Positions 40,605 through 50,038 of a stretch of 64,000 nt of DNA are shown here, one piece after another; position 1 is the first letter of the stretch, and each line of letters begins with the position of its first letter. The notes beneath the pieces were generated by a model. It was not told the DNA's origin. It was given only the letters and a program-made list of their open reading frames with translations, and did no database searches. The translations under genes and the position numbers were made by a program. This DNA is from a virus: positions 1-64,000 of IMG/VR virus record IMGVR_UViG_3300032092_000013; one strand, given 5' to 3'.

Positions 40605-40641
40605 AAAATCCCGAGAGATTTAAATCTCTCGGGATTTTTTT
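40605..40641 (+). terminator. Rho-independent terminator (perfect 34-bp palindrome)
   Basis: AAAATCCCGAGAGATTT|AAATCTCTCGGGATTTT followed by more T residues. Confidence 0.85.
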
Positions 40642-40663
40642 ATAGTTTGATTTAATATGAGTT

Positions 40664-41758
40664 ATGGACAAAGACCTATTAAAATCATTAGAAATTTTAG
40701 ATGACGGTAATCCTTTCGCGACATTCCTTTCTCAGTCTACTTTATCAGTTATTGATAAATGGATTGATACTGGTTCATATGTTTTAAATGCTATTATCTC
40801 TGGAAAGATTCGTGGTGGTGGTATTCCTTCGGGCCGGGTTACCATGTTATATGGTGAATCACAAACTTTTAAATCTTCTTTGGTTATGAAGATTCTTGCC
40901 AATGCTCAGAAACAAGGAATGATTCCGGTTATTTTTGATACAGAGAATGCTGTAGATCCAGAAAGTGCTTCGCGCCTAGGATTAGATACGACAAAGGTAA
41001 AATATGTACCTACTTTTAATGTTGAACAATGTCGTAATGCTATTCATAAATTTTTGACATCTGTAAAAGAAAAAGGACAAGAAGGCAAATTCATTATTGC
41101 CATTGATTCTCTGGGTAATCTTGAAAGTCAAATGGAACAATCACGTATTGAGAAAGATTCTGTAGCACCTGATATGGGATCAAGAGCTCGTGCTATTAAA
41201 ACACTACTTAGAACAGTAACGCAACTTTCTGCTATTACTAAAACACCCGTTTTGATTACAAATCACTTGTATGATAATCCAGCAGAATTACATCCATCAT
41301 TAGTCAAGACAATGCCTGGCGGTAAGTCAGTCATTTATATGCCTTCTGTATCAGTTCAATTAATGAGAAAGCCCGTCAAAGAAGATGTTGTCAAATCAGA
41401 TTCATCTGGATTAGCTACATTCCAACGCAATTACGTCGGCATTATCATTCGTGCATTAACTTCAAAGAATCGTTTTATTAAACCATATCTAGAAGGAGAA
41501 TTATATGTATCATTTACTAATGGTGCAGACAAGTATCATGGATTATTAGATCTTGCTGTTGGATTAGGCATTATTGAACAATCTGGTGCTACTTATGCTT
41601 TTAATGGTGAAAAGCTAGGATATGCAAAGAGCTTTTTGAATAATGTAGATTTTTGGGAAAATGATATCATTCCTTTAGTAGAAAAGAAGATTGCTGTTGA
41701 ATGGGCATATTCTTCATCAGAAGATGCAGAATCAACTGAAGTCGAAGACGAAGAATAA
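40664..41758 (+). CDS. uvsX: RecA-like recombinase
   Basis: IDTGSYVLNAIISG, GESQTFKS, FDTENA, IDSLGNL, DMG.RA, TNH.Y, GG, KNRF. Confidence 0.92.
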   Translation: MDKDLLKSLEILDDGNPFATFLSQSTLSVIDKWIDTGSYVLNAIISGKIRGGGIPSGRVTMLYGESQTFKSSLVMKILANAQKQGMIPVIFDTENAVDPESASRLGLDTTKVKYVPTFNVEQCRNAIHKFLTSVKEKGQEGKFIIAIDSLGNLESQMEQSRIEKDSVAPDMGSRARAIKTLLRTVTQLSAITKTPVLITNHLYDNPAELHPSLVKTMPGGKSVIYMPSVSVQLMRKPVKEDVVKSDSSGLATFQRNYVGIIIRALTSKNRFIKPYLEGELYVSFTNGADKYHGLLDLAVGLGIIEQSGATYAFNGEKLGYAKSFLNNVDFWENDIIPLVEKKIAVEWAYSSSEDAESTEVEDEE

Positions 41759-41766
41759 ATAATATC

Positions 41767-42150
41767 ATGCAAAATGATACAGATTTAATCTTCGAAGCCT
41801 ATAAAGAAATCTATTCAGAAGGATGGAAAGATGTTACTGCAGCCCTATTAATGATGGTAGGTGCTGCGGCGGGTGCAGGTAAAATAGGTAGTGAAATTTC
41901 ACAGCGTTTAGGTGGTTATGAAAAATTAACACCACCTCAAATTGAACGGGGGGTTTTAACTGCTGATCAACAATCAATTAAAAATTATTTAGAAAAAATG
42001 ATGCATATTAGTGAGCTCAATGCAGTTCCAAGGCAGCATTTAGATGCTCTTAAGGCAATTTCTGAAAATGAGAAATATCCAGCGGAATCAGCAGAAGCAA
42101 AAAAAATTCTCTCAATTATGAGAGATAGAGCTAGCCGAAAATCATTTTAA
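41767..42150 (+). CDS. Late hypothetical protein, putative head-internal protein
   Basis: TAAATA overlaps the uvsX stop, 5 nt before the ATG. MQNDTDLIFEAY..IYSE-G, then a hydrophobic Ala/Gly segment. Confidence 0.55.
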   Translation: MQNDTDLIFEAYKEIYSEGWKDVTAALLMMVGAAAGAGKIGSEISQRLGGYEKLTPPQIERGVLTADQQSIKNYLEKMMHISELNAVPRQHLDALKAISENEKYPAESAEAKKILSIMRDRASRKSF

Positions 42151-42153
42151 TTA

Positions 42154-42182
42154 TTGATTAAAAATATAATTTAAGTTATAAT
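42154..42182 (+). promoter_or_regulatory. Sigma70-like early promoter of queC
   Basis: TTGATT-17-TATAAT, 6 nt before the ATG. Confidence 0.65.
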
Positions 42183-42188
42183 AACCAC

Positions 42189-42932
42189 ATGACTAATACT
42201 CATGTGGTTATTCCTTTTTCTGGGGGTATGGATTCCTCGGTGCTTGTACATTTAGCCTTATCAGAAGGATACTTTGTGCATGTTTTATCATTTAATTATG
42301 GCCAAAGACATTCACAGGAATTAGATTGTGCATCTAAACAAATTCAGAAATTAAAGTCTTTATATCCGAATTTGAAATCATATAAGACTATTGATGTGTC
42401 TTATATTAAAGATATTGCACCTACATCATCATTAACTAATAATGATATTGAGACACCAGATGTGCGCAAAATTAAAGGTGAAGCGCAACCAAAATCATAT
42501 GTTCCTAATCGCAATATGATGTTTCTATCTATTGCATCAGCTTGGGCAGAATCAATCGGTGCTTCTGAAGTATGGCATGGTGCCGCACAAGCAGATTCAT
42601 TAGCAGGTTATTGGGATGGATCACCTGAATTTTTAGAATCAATTAACAATGTTCTTTCTTTGAATAGAGAAAAACGAATTGAAATTAAAGCACCATTAAT
42701 CGAATTAAGTAAAGCAGAGATTATTAAATTGGGTGTAAAAAAGAAAGTAGACTTCAGCTTGACTTATACCTGTTATTCAGGAGAAGAAAAACCTGATGCA
42801 TATTCAGCATCATCTTCGTTAAGATTGCAAGGTTTTATTGAAGCAGGATACAAGGATCCCCTACAATATAAACAGCAAGACCAATTAGAAGAAGCGTATA
42901 AGAAAAAAGGCTGTAAAGAAATTAACCTCTAA
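42189..42932 (+). CDS. queC: 7-cyano-7-deazaguanine synthase
   Basis: FSGGMDS, FNYGQRH..E, YVPNRN, Y.D.SPEF, APL..LSKAEI, TYTCY. The distal CxxC is replaced by DAYSASS. Confidence 0.9.
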   Translation: MTNTHVVIPFSGGMDSSVLVHLALSEGYFVHVLSFNYGQRHSQELDCASKQIQKLKSLYPNLKSYKTIDVSYIKDIAPTSSLTNNDIETPDVRKIKGEAQPKSYVPNRNMMFLSIASAWAESIGASEVWHGAAQADSLAGYWDGSPEFLESINNVLSLNREKRIEIKAPLIELSKAEIIKLGVKKKVDFSLTYTCYSGEEKPDAYSASSSLRLQGFIEAGYKDPLQYKQQDQLEEAYKKKGCKEINL

Positions 42933-44178
42933 ACAACTCTTCAATACGATAAGCAAACTGTTTGCGTTTAATATATTGTTCTTGTAGTAAACGATCAGTT
43001 TGCTTTCTTGTTAATTTAACTGATTCTTTATAAGCTGTTAAAGCGCCGACAATTTCGTCATACATGTCTTTAACATCTTCATTGTCGTATGTTAATACAG
43101 ATAAATTTTCGATCAATTGATCGATGAAATCAGATGCTGAACCAGACTTTAATGCTTCTAAAGCATTTATAATACCTTCAGCTACATCATCATTATCACT
43201 CACAATATTACTGAATTTTTGTAAAATAGCTGTGACCAATTGAAGTGCTTTTAATTTATCTTCTTTGACTGGCGTTTCTTCTTCTTGTTTTACTTCTGCG
43301 GTAACACCATTCAACTTACTAAGCACCTTAGACCATTCATTTACCTTAAATCGAACATCGGGTGTTACTTCGTCACCACCTCTTTTAGCAACATATTCTT
43401 CTGCAGGTGCAGTAGCTTTATGTGCCCATATATTAACAGACACATCTTGCATATAATCTGTTGGCTTAGTTTCAATAGAACTTTTTAAATTTTCCATTAA
43501 AGAAGAAACAGCTGTAGTTATAACTTTAGAGCCAAATCCCTTTGTTTTTAAATCATATATTTTTTGCAAAGAGATACGATGCTCAACAACGCCATGGCGT
43601 ATACGATTTCCTGATGCATCAAATAATCCAGTAGCTTCTTTTTCTAGAGCTTTATATTGTTGTACGAAATCATTAAATGCTAAAAATTGATTTATTGTAT
43701 TTTTTACTAAAACCATGCCATTAATGCCATCATCAGTATTTTCAGTTCTAATAACATTTGCACCTTCTACTTTAAATGTTATATTTGCGTCACCCTTTCT
43801 TGCAAAGAAAATCATATCACCTACTGCAAAATCGGATGATTTAGCTGTGAACGTGGCATCACCAGTGACATTAATTAAACTACCCACATCTGATGAATTT
43901 AATTCACCACCACTTCTAGCTTCACTATCTTCTTCACCCATTTTTGCAGCAAATTCATCATTCTTATTATTACAGTCACGTATAATTGCAAAACGCAACA
44001 TTTTAATGATTAATTTATTTAAACGATCAATAGTGCCAGTTTCGATGCTATTCTTGTAATATTTGTTGGCGTATAATTCTACATATTTGTTTAATTCGCC
44101 AAAATAAGCTTCTCTTGCTTCATTAAGGAACGATTCGTCAATACGTGCTGCCCAACCCGGTGCTCTTAAAATAGACAT
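42922..44178 (-). CDS. Late hypothetical protein, putative head-internal protein
   Basis: TAAATA 5 nt upstream. IDESFLNE-A. Inverted relative to the flanking operon. Confidence 0.55.
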   Translation of the reverse strand: MSILRAPGWAARIDESFLNEAREAYFGELNKYVELYANKYYKNSIETGTIDRLNKLIIKMLRFAIIRDCNNKNDEFAAKMGEEDSEARSGGELNSSDVGSLINVTGDATFTAKSSDFAVGDMIFFARKGDANITFKVEGANVIRTENTDDGINGMVLVKNTINQFLAFNDFVQQYKALEKEATGLFDASGNRIRHGVVEHRISLQKIYDLKTKGFGSKVITTAVSSLMENLKSSIETKPTDYMQDVSVNIWAHKATAPAEEYVAKRGGDEVTPDVRFKVNEWSKVLSKLNGVTAEVKQEEETPVKEDKLKALQLVTAILQKFSNIVSDNDDVAEGIINALEALKSGSASDFIDQLIENLSVLTYDNEDVKDMYDEIVGALTAYKESVKLTRKQTDRLLQEQYIKRKQFAYRIEELFRG

Positions 44179-44228
44179 AACTATATTTATTGATTTATCA
44201 AAAATTAAATGTAATATGAAAGCATATT

Positions 44229-44915
44229 ATGTGCGCAATCTATGGTTCTAAAGACAGAAATCTTTTTGATATACTTCATGATGTTACTATTGATAGAGGA
44301 TCATTTGCTTCGTCATTTGCCTTCCTAGAACATAAGAAAAGAAATTTATTCATTACAAGATTAAAAGGTCATCCAAAAAAGATGGAATTATTGAATCCAG
44401 AAGATTCATTTCCTACTTGTAAAAATAAGAATATAACGCATTATCTCGGGCATAATCAAGCACCAACTTCCTCACAAAGAGAACATGATGTAGCAACATC
44501 GCATCCATTTGTTGCGCATAATTGGGTAGTAGCACATAACGGTGTTTTAACCAATTATAAAGAAATTAATAAAAAATATTGTGCATGGAATAAGAATCCG
44601 GTAGATTCAAGTAATATTCCACATTTATTACATGCTCTAGAAACAAAAGAACCAAATAAATCAGAAGAAGAACTTATTTGCGAAGCACTTTCTCTTTTAG
44701 AAGGTACATTTGCATTGTGGATCTTTAATGAAAAGACGGGTAATATCTTTGTAGCAAGACAAGGTAGTACTTTATTTGCAAATGAAAAAGGCGACTTTTG
44801 TTCTATACAATCAAAGAATTGGTTAGAATTAGAAGAAGGAGTATTATACAAAGTCACTAGAAAGCTTGAATTAGTAGGTAATTTTAAAAACACAACACCA
44901 TTTTTCACATTATGA
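44229..44915 (+). CDS. Stand-alone class-II (Ntn) glutamine amidotransferase
   Basis: N-terminal Cys2 (MCAIYG), DRG, LGHNQAPT, SHPF, VAHNGVLTN, VDS, LEGTFA. Confidence 0.85.
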   Translation: MCAIYGSKDRNLFDILHDVTIDRGSFASSFAFLEHKKRNLFITRLKGHPKKMELLNPEDSFPTCKNKNITHYLGHNQAPTSSQREHDVATSHPFVAHNWVVAHNGVLTNYKEINKKYCAWNKNPVDSSNIPHLLHALETKEPNKSEEELICEALSLLEGTFALWIFNEKTGNIFVARQGSTLFANEKGDFCSIQSKNWLELEEGVLYKVTRKLELVGNFKNTTPFFTL

Positions 44916-45607
44916 ACAATTTAATTGTTACTTGTACACAAAAAAATAGACATCAATTCCAAGAAACAGATATCTATAAATCATATAATGAATGCAAATT
45001 ATCTTCTGATTTTGAATTAGAAGTATTTTATCAAAATAAAGAAGGATTGTCAAAACAATATAATACTATCCTCAATAATGAAAAATATAAAAATTATGAA
45101 TGGATTGTATTCGTTCATGATGATGTTTATATTGACGATGCCAGACTTTTACAAAAATTGAACGAAGCAAAAAAATTAGATTACGACATAGTTGGTTTGG
45201 CTGGCGGATTGAATCCACGAATTGGCGGAATTAACCTTTGGCATTTAATGACAGATAGAAAAGATCATCGGGGGTTCGTAGCACACCCAGTAAACGAAAA
45301 GCAAATGATGGTTACTAATTTTGGCCCTTCACCTTCTCGTGTTGTAATTATTGATGGATTATTCTTTGCTGTTTATAATCCTAAAGCAAAAAAAGTTAGC
45401 TTTAATTTTAATGAAAATTATACATTTCATCATTATGATATTTCTGCATCATTAGAAGCTAATATGAAAAAATTAAAAATTGGTGTCTATCCAATTAATG
45501 TAATTCATCGCTCTCCTGGTTTATTGTCAATTGAAAATCCTACATGGAAAAGCAGCAACGAAACATTTATCAAAGAATACGGTGTAAATCGTAAAGACAC
45601 CAAATAA
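44912..45607 (+). CDS. GT-A fold glycosyltransferase
   Basis: GLSKQYN, VFVHDDV, VGLAG, IDGLFFA, FHHYDIS, HRSPG. Start overlaps the amidotransferase stop (ATGA). Confidence 0.7.
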   Translation: MNNLIVTCTQKNRHQFQETDIYKSYNECKLSSDFELEVFYQNKEGLSKQYNTILNNEKYKNYEWIVFVHDDVYIDDARLLQKLNEAKKLDYDIVGLAGGLNPRIGGINLWHLMTDRKDHRGFVAHPVNEKQMMVTNFGPSPSRVVIIDGLFFAVYNPKAKKVSFNFNENYTFHHYDISASLEANMKKLKIGVYPINVIHRSPGLLSIENPTWKSSNETFIKEYGVNRKDTK

Positions 45608-45615
45608 TATTAAGC

Positions 45616-46941
45616 ATGGATAAAATTGATTTAGATCATTTTGAGAAGATTTTCTGTCTTAAGATGATTACTGATGAGGAATATTTCTCTTCAGTTGTTG
45701 ATAATACAGATCCGGATTATTTTCGGGACAAAGATGTCAAAGCGATGTTTTTGTTAGTAAAAGAATATTTTGAAAAGAGAGATTGTTTACCCAATCTCTC
45801 TGAATTAAAAAATTATCTTACCACACAAGAATTAAAAGATTCTTTTAAAAATGTATTATTAATGATTCAATCATTAGATAAGAATTATAATCATGACGAA
45901 TTAATCAAGAATACAGAACGTTTCTTGAAAGAAAGAGCTGTATATAAGACTATGCTTGATGTTGCAGATAAATTGCAACAAGGAAAAGCTGATACTTCTT
46001 GGGTCTTAGATCAATTTGAAAAGACATGCAATATTAATTTGACAACAGATATTGGATTAGATCTTTATCATAATCCCGAAAAGTTAATCAAAGAATTAAA
46101 TTCAGATGAACCAGTTATTCCATCAAAGTGGGAATGGTTAGATGAAAAATTAAATGGAGGATTCATGCAAAATGGTAGGGCATTGTATATTTTTGCTGGT
46201 CAAGCAAATGTCGGTAAGAGTATTGTATTAGGAAATGTAGCTAAAAATATTGCTGAGCAAGGTAAAACAGTATTGCTTGTTACATTGGAAATGTCCGAGA
46301 TCATGTACGCAAAACGTATTGCATCATCAGCTACTAAGATACCTATTAGAACATTGCGTGAAGAGTCAGAATCATTGCAAAATGCTCTTGAAGAAATCAA
46401 AGAGAAGAATCCACGAGGAAGGATTTTGATTAAAGAATTTCCGCCATCAACAATTACACCTAATCAATTATCATCATTCATTAAGACATTAAGAAATAAA
46501 GGCATCTTTGTTGATGCTGTAGTATTAGATTATTTGAATCTATTACATACTACATATGGAAATAATTCATATGAAAAGGTGAAACACTTATCAGAACAGA
46601 CTAGGGCATTGTCGTATGTTTATAATTGTCCGTTTATTACTGCAACACAGTTAAACCGATCGGGATATGATGTCGCAGAACCAACTATGCAATCACTTTC
46701 AGAAAGTTATGGACTAGCTACAACAGGTGATTTTATTGCTTCTGTTTATCAATTAGAAGAAGATGCAGAACAAGGTGTTATGAGAGTAGCTATGATGAAA
46801 AATCGTTTCGGTCCTAACTTTGGATCATCAGCATTTAGAATTGATTATTCGACATTGACTTTAAAAGAAGACCAAGAATTGGCTTCAATGGTAGATAGTA
46901 CAGAATCCGCAAGAGATGTATTAGCTTCTTTAGCAGACTAG
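45616..46941 (+). CDS. gp41: Replicative DnaB-like helicase
   Basis: AGQANVGKS, TLEMSE, IKEFPP, LDYLNL, TATQLNRSG, SESYGL, MKNRFG. Confidence 0.93.
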   Translation: MDKIDLDHFEKIFCLKMITDEEYFSSVVDNTDPDYFRDKDVKAMFLLVKEYFEKRDCLPNLSELKNYLTTQELKDSFKNVLLMIQSLDKNYNHDELIKNTERFLKERAVYKTMLDVADKLQQGKADTSWVLDQFEKTCNINLTTDIGLDLYHNPEKLIKELNSDEPVIPSKWEWLDEKLNGGFMQNGRALYIFAGQANVGKSIVLGNVAKNIAEQGKTVLLVTLEMSEIMYAKRIASSATKIPIRTLREESESLQNALEEIKEKNPRGRILIKEFPPSTITPNQLSSFIKTLRNKGIFVDAVVLDYLNLLHTTYGNNSYEKVKHLSEQTRALSYVYNCPFITATQLNRSGYDVAEPTMQSLSESYGLATTGDFIASVYQLEEDAEQGVMRVAMMKNRFGPNFGSSAFRIDYSTLTLKEDQELASMVDSTESARDVLASLAD

Positions 46942-46980
46942 TTGAACAAAATTCCATTTTGACTATATATACTCATATTA

Positions 46981-47871
46981 ATGAGTAAAGAAGTCATATG
47001 GACTAATTATGGATTAGATGGTGCAGGATGTTGCCTACTTTTGAAATGGCTCAAAGGTAGTAACATTGAAATACAATATACTACACCAAGAAAATTCCGC
47101 GATGATTTCCTTAAATGGCAATTAGAAAATGGAATGACAAAATATTCCAAGATCTATATAACCTCTATAGATTTATCAAAATGCTTAGATGTCGCAGACA
47201 AGTCTAATTGTGTTATCATTGATACACATAAATCACATTGTGATAAAAAACATTTATACACAGATGCAAAAACAGCTATAGCTGAAACTAGTTCAACTAC
47301 CAGATTGATTTTTAGATTATTTAAAAATGAATTAATCAAAAAACTAACACCTAAGCAAATCAAATTAATTAGTTTGATTGATGATTATATTTCGGGTAAA
47401 AATAAATTTAAAGAATCAAATTTTTTAAATGCATTATATTGGGGTGTCAGTGCTGATCGTTTAATTCAATTTATTAAACAATTTGATAATGGATATAACG
47501 GATTCAATCAACAACAACAGAACGTAATTAATTTACATTTTAAACGAATTGCAAAAACCGTATCAGAATTAGATATATTCCAAGGAATATTGCCCGCTAA
47601 AGGAAAGAAATATAAAGTAGTATCTACATTTGCTGAAAATTATTTTCCAGAAATTTCAAATCATTTAATTGATGTATATAATGTAGATATTGTAATGGTA
47701 GTCAATTTAGGACTCAAGACTGTTTATATGCAACAAAAAGTAACATCAGACGCACCATTACATCTGATTGCAGAAAAGTTAGTTGAAGGCGGTGGAACAC
47801 AACGGTACGCAGGAGGTAATCTAACTTCAAAATTTATAGAATTTACTAAAACTTTACAAAAAATATGGTAG
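46981..47871 (+). CDS. DHH/DHHA1-family protein with degenerate motifs
   Basis: NYGLDGAGC, IIDTHKSH, IDDY, GGGTQRYAGG. Confidence 0.6.
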   Translation: MSKEVIWTNYGLDGAGCCLLLKWLKGSNIEIQYTTPRKFRDDFLKWQLENGMTKYSKIYITSIDLSKCLDVADKSNCVIIDTHKSHCDKKHLYTDAKTAIAETSSTTRLIFRLFKNELIKKLTPKQIKLISLIDDYISGKNKFKESNFLNALYWGVSADRLIQFIKQFDNGYNGFNQQQQNVINLHFKRIAKTVSELDIFQGILPAKGKKYKVVSTFAENYFPEISNHLIDVYNVDIVMVVNLGLKTVYMQQKVTSDAPLHLIAEKLVEGGGTQRYAGGNLTSKFIEFTKTLQKIW

Positions 47872-48164
47872 CTAATCTTGTAATCGAAAAGAGGGAAATA
47901 GAACATAATTTTTTATGTTTCTGTTCATTAATGTGTTTGATATCTGGCAAGAAATTAAATCTGCCTAATATTTTTTTATTACTCCTTAAGAATCCTACAT
48001 ACAAACAGATTCTTAAGAAAATGGTATCTATCGATACAGATTATGAATTATTCAAGTTGTTTATCGACTTTGATCCTTCTTTGAGCAAAAGCAAATATAT
48101 AAGTAAGTTCTTGAATTCTAAAGAAGGTGCTACTATTATAGCTAATAATGTTAAGCGATTTTGA
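47865..48164 (+). CDS. Hypothetical protein
   Basis: Overlapping co-oriented ORF in the operon. Confidence 0.55.
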   Translation: MVANLVIEKREIEHNFLCFCSLMCLISGKKLNLPNIFLLLLKNPTYKQILKKMVSIDTDYELFKLFIDFDPSLSKSKYISKFLNSKEGATIIANNVKRF

Positions 48165-48777
48165 AGAAAGACTATATAACGAATACCTAAAAACTAGTCG
48201 CCAAGCTAAAAACCTACCATATAAGTTAAGAAAAAATTTCAATGATATTCCATCTGATGTATTGGTTTATCTTAAGAGAATATCTAACATACTGAGAAAA
48301 TTTCCCAGTATACACATCAATGATTTTTTTAAGGCACCATATGCTATCTATGGTGTTGAAGAATATTTCGATTTGAAATATTTTACATCACAAAAAGCAA
48401 TTAAAGCATATACTCTCTATATTCAAAAAGAGGCTGATTTAGATCCGGATTCGGAGGATATGTTATTAAAAGTATTAGAGAGTTTAAAATTCTTAAAAGA
48501 ATTTTTAACACAAAATAATATTTCATTAAATCAATATCTTGCACACAAGACTAATGAAATGAAAAGCTTCATGCTGCATTGGAAAGAAAGAAAAATGCAT
48601 CCTTATGTGTTGATCGAATTGCCAAATGCACTAAACTATATTAGACACGAAGATCAAGAATTATTGAAATTCATGTTTGGCGAGAATGTCTATGAAAATA
48701 TACAATTGTATACGAATAGATATTTCTCATCGAAGAAATTAAAAGTATTAGTAAAACAAGGATTAAAAAAAATATAA
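48148..48777 (+). CDS. Hypothetical protein, possibly gp59-like helicase loader
   Basis: Basic/aromatic, 209 aa, immediately upstream of gp32 as gp59 is in T4. Sequence similarity is not established. Confidence 0.35.
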   Translation: MLSDFEERLYNEYLKTSRQAKNLPYKLRKNFNDIPSDVLVYLKRISNILRKFPSIHINDFFKAPYAIYGVEEYFDLKYFTSQKAIKAYTLYIQKEADLDPDSEDMLLKVLESLKFLKEFLTQNNISLNQYLAHKTNEMKSFMLHWKERKMHPYVLIELPNALNYIRHEDQELLKFMFGENVYENIQLYTNRYFSSKKLKVLVKQGLKKI

Positions 48778-48801
48778 CGAAACCAATTAAAAATATTCAA
48801 T

Positions 48802-49656
48802 ATGTATACAGCATCAATGTTCCAATCAATCAAGAATGCCTTAGCTAAAGAAGATACCGGTGGATCTTCATATAAAGACATTCTCAAGTTAGAAGTAGGT
48901 AAGACATACACCGTTCGTCTTCTTCCAAATACAAAATCACCTGCAGATACATTCTTTCATTATTACCTGAATGGGTGGCAATCATTTGCAACCGGTCAAT
49001 TCGTATCAGCCGTTTCATTGCAATCATTTGGAGAACGCGATCCAATTCAAGAAGAACGTTATCGTATCCTTCGACTTGGTACAGATGTAGAAAAGAAGAA
49101 GGCTGAAAAAGTTAATCGTTCTGAGAAGTGGATGGTTAATGCTTATATTATTGATGATCCAACCAATCCTGAAAATAATGGTACTGTTAAGATTCTTCGA
49201 TATGGTCGTCAGTTAGCTAAGATTATCGATGAAGCTATGGATGGTGAAGACGCTGCTGAGTTCGGTCCTCGTATTTTTGACCTGAGTAAAGGTGGATGTA
49301 ATCTTAAGGTCAAGGTAGAGAAACAAGGTGAATATCCATCCTATGTATCTTCACGATTCACATCACCAGTAGATCTTGGATTATCAGAAGCAAAGATTAA
49401 TGAGTTGTATAATTCAGTTCATGATCTTAAGAAAATCGCAGGGGTTAAGACCGCTGATGAACTTCGTGAATTATGGGAAGAACATTTCCTATGCAAGAGC
49501 TCAGTGTCTTCAGCAGCTGCTCCCGTTGAATCAGTACAAGCTACTGTTCTAGCAGAACCTACTACAGTAACTAAATCATCAGCACCAGCATCTTCAGATG
49601 ACGATGACATTCTTGATGATGCAACTGTACAAGAACTTTTGAAAGGATTAGACTAA
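48802..49656 (+). CDS. gp32: Single-stranded DNA-binding protein
   Basis: VRLLP, DPI.E, NAYIIDDPTNPENNGTVKILRYG, FDLSKGGCNLKVK...YPSY.SSRF, acidic tail. Confidence 0.9.
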   Translation: MYTASMFQSIKNALAKEDTGGSSYKDILKLEVGKTYTVRLLPNTKSPADTFFHYYLNGWQSFATGQFVSAVSLQSFGERDPIQEERYRILRLGTDVEKKKAEKVNRSEKWMVNAYIIDDPTNPENNGTVKILRYGRQLAKIIDEAMDGEDAAEFGPRIFDLSKGGCNLKVKVEKQGEYPSYVSSRFTSPVDLGLSEAKINELYNSVHDLKKIAGVKTADELRELWEEHFLCKSSVSSAAAPVESVQATVLAEPTTVTKSSAPASSDDDDILDDATVQELLKGLD

Positions 49657-49657
49657 T

Positions 49658-50026
49658 ATGGATGAAGATGTACAAGGAATGCTTCAACAATTCATAGGAC
49701 AAACCTATGGAGAGTTAGCGAAGCTTGATCAAAACATTGTAGGGCGCACTCAACATCTGCGTCCACAGAGTCAAGAGTTTAAAGCAATTGCAACTAATAT
49801 TTTAACTAATATCCCAAACAATAGGCAATTAACTCAGACTGAAGCACCGCCAATTCAACCACAAAATATTCAACCTCGAGTACAGATTCAACCAAAATCA
49901 CCTAGTGATCAATTGGAATTTGATTTTGATGACACAGCTACCGCTAAGAATATTTTTGCTTCATTGAAGCGCATCGAAGATAAATTAAGTAATATCAGTA
50001 ATAGGTTGCAAAAGCTAGAAGCTTAA
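49658..50026 (+). CDS. Hypothetical protein
   Basis: Gln/Pro linker, DQLEFDF motif, C-terminal coiled coil. Confidence 0.55.
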   Translation: MDEDVQGMLQQFIGQTYGELAKLDQNIVGRTQHLRPQSQEFKAIATNILTNIPNNRQLTQTEAPPIQPQNIQPRVQIQPKSPSDQLEFDFDDTATAKNIFASLKRIEDKLSNISNRLQKLEA

Positions 50027-50038
50027 TACAATTAATAC

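Noticed and set aside
40605-40638. Perfect 34-bp palindrome as an origin or recombination site
   Set aside because: Its position after a gene and the trailing T-run are adequately explained by an intrinsic terminator.
42922-44178. Candidate DpdA/TGT, given its position between queC and the amidotransferase
   Set aside because: It has no DSG/TIM-barrel TGT motifs, lies on the opposite strand, and has a late promoter and CTS-like N-terminus.
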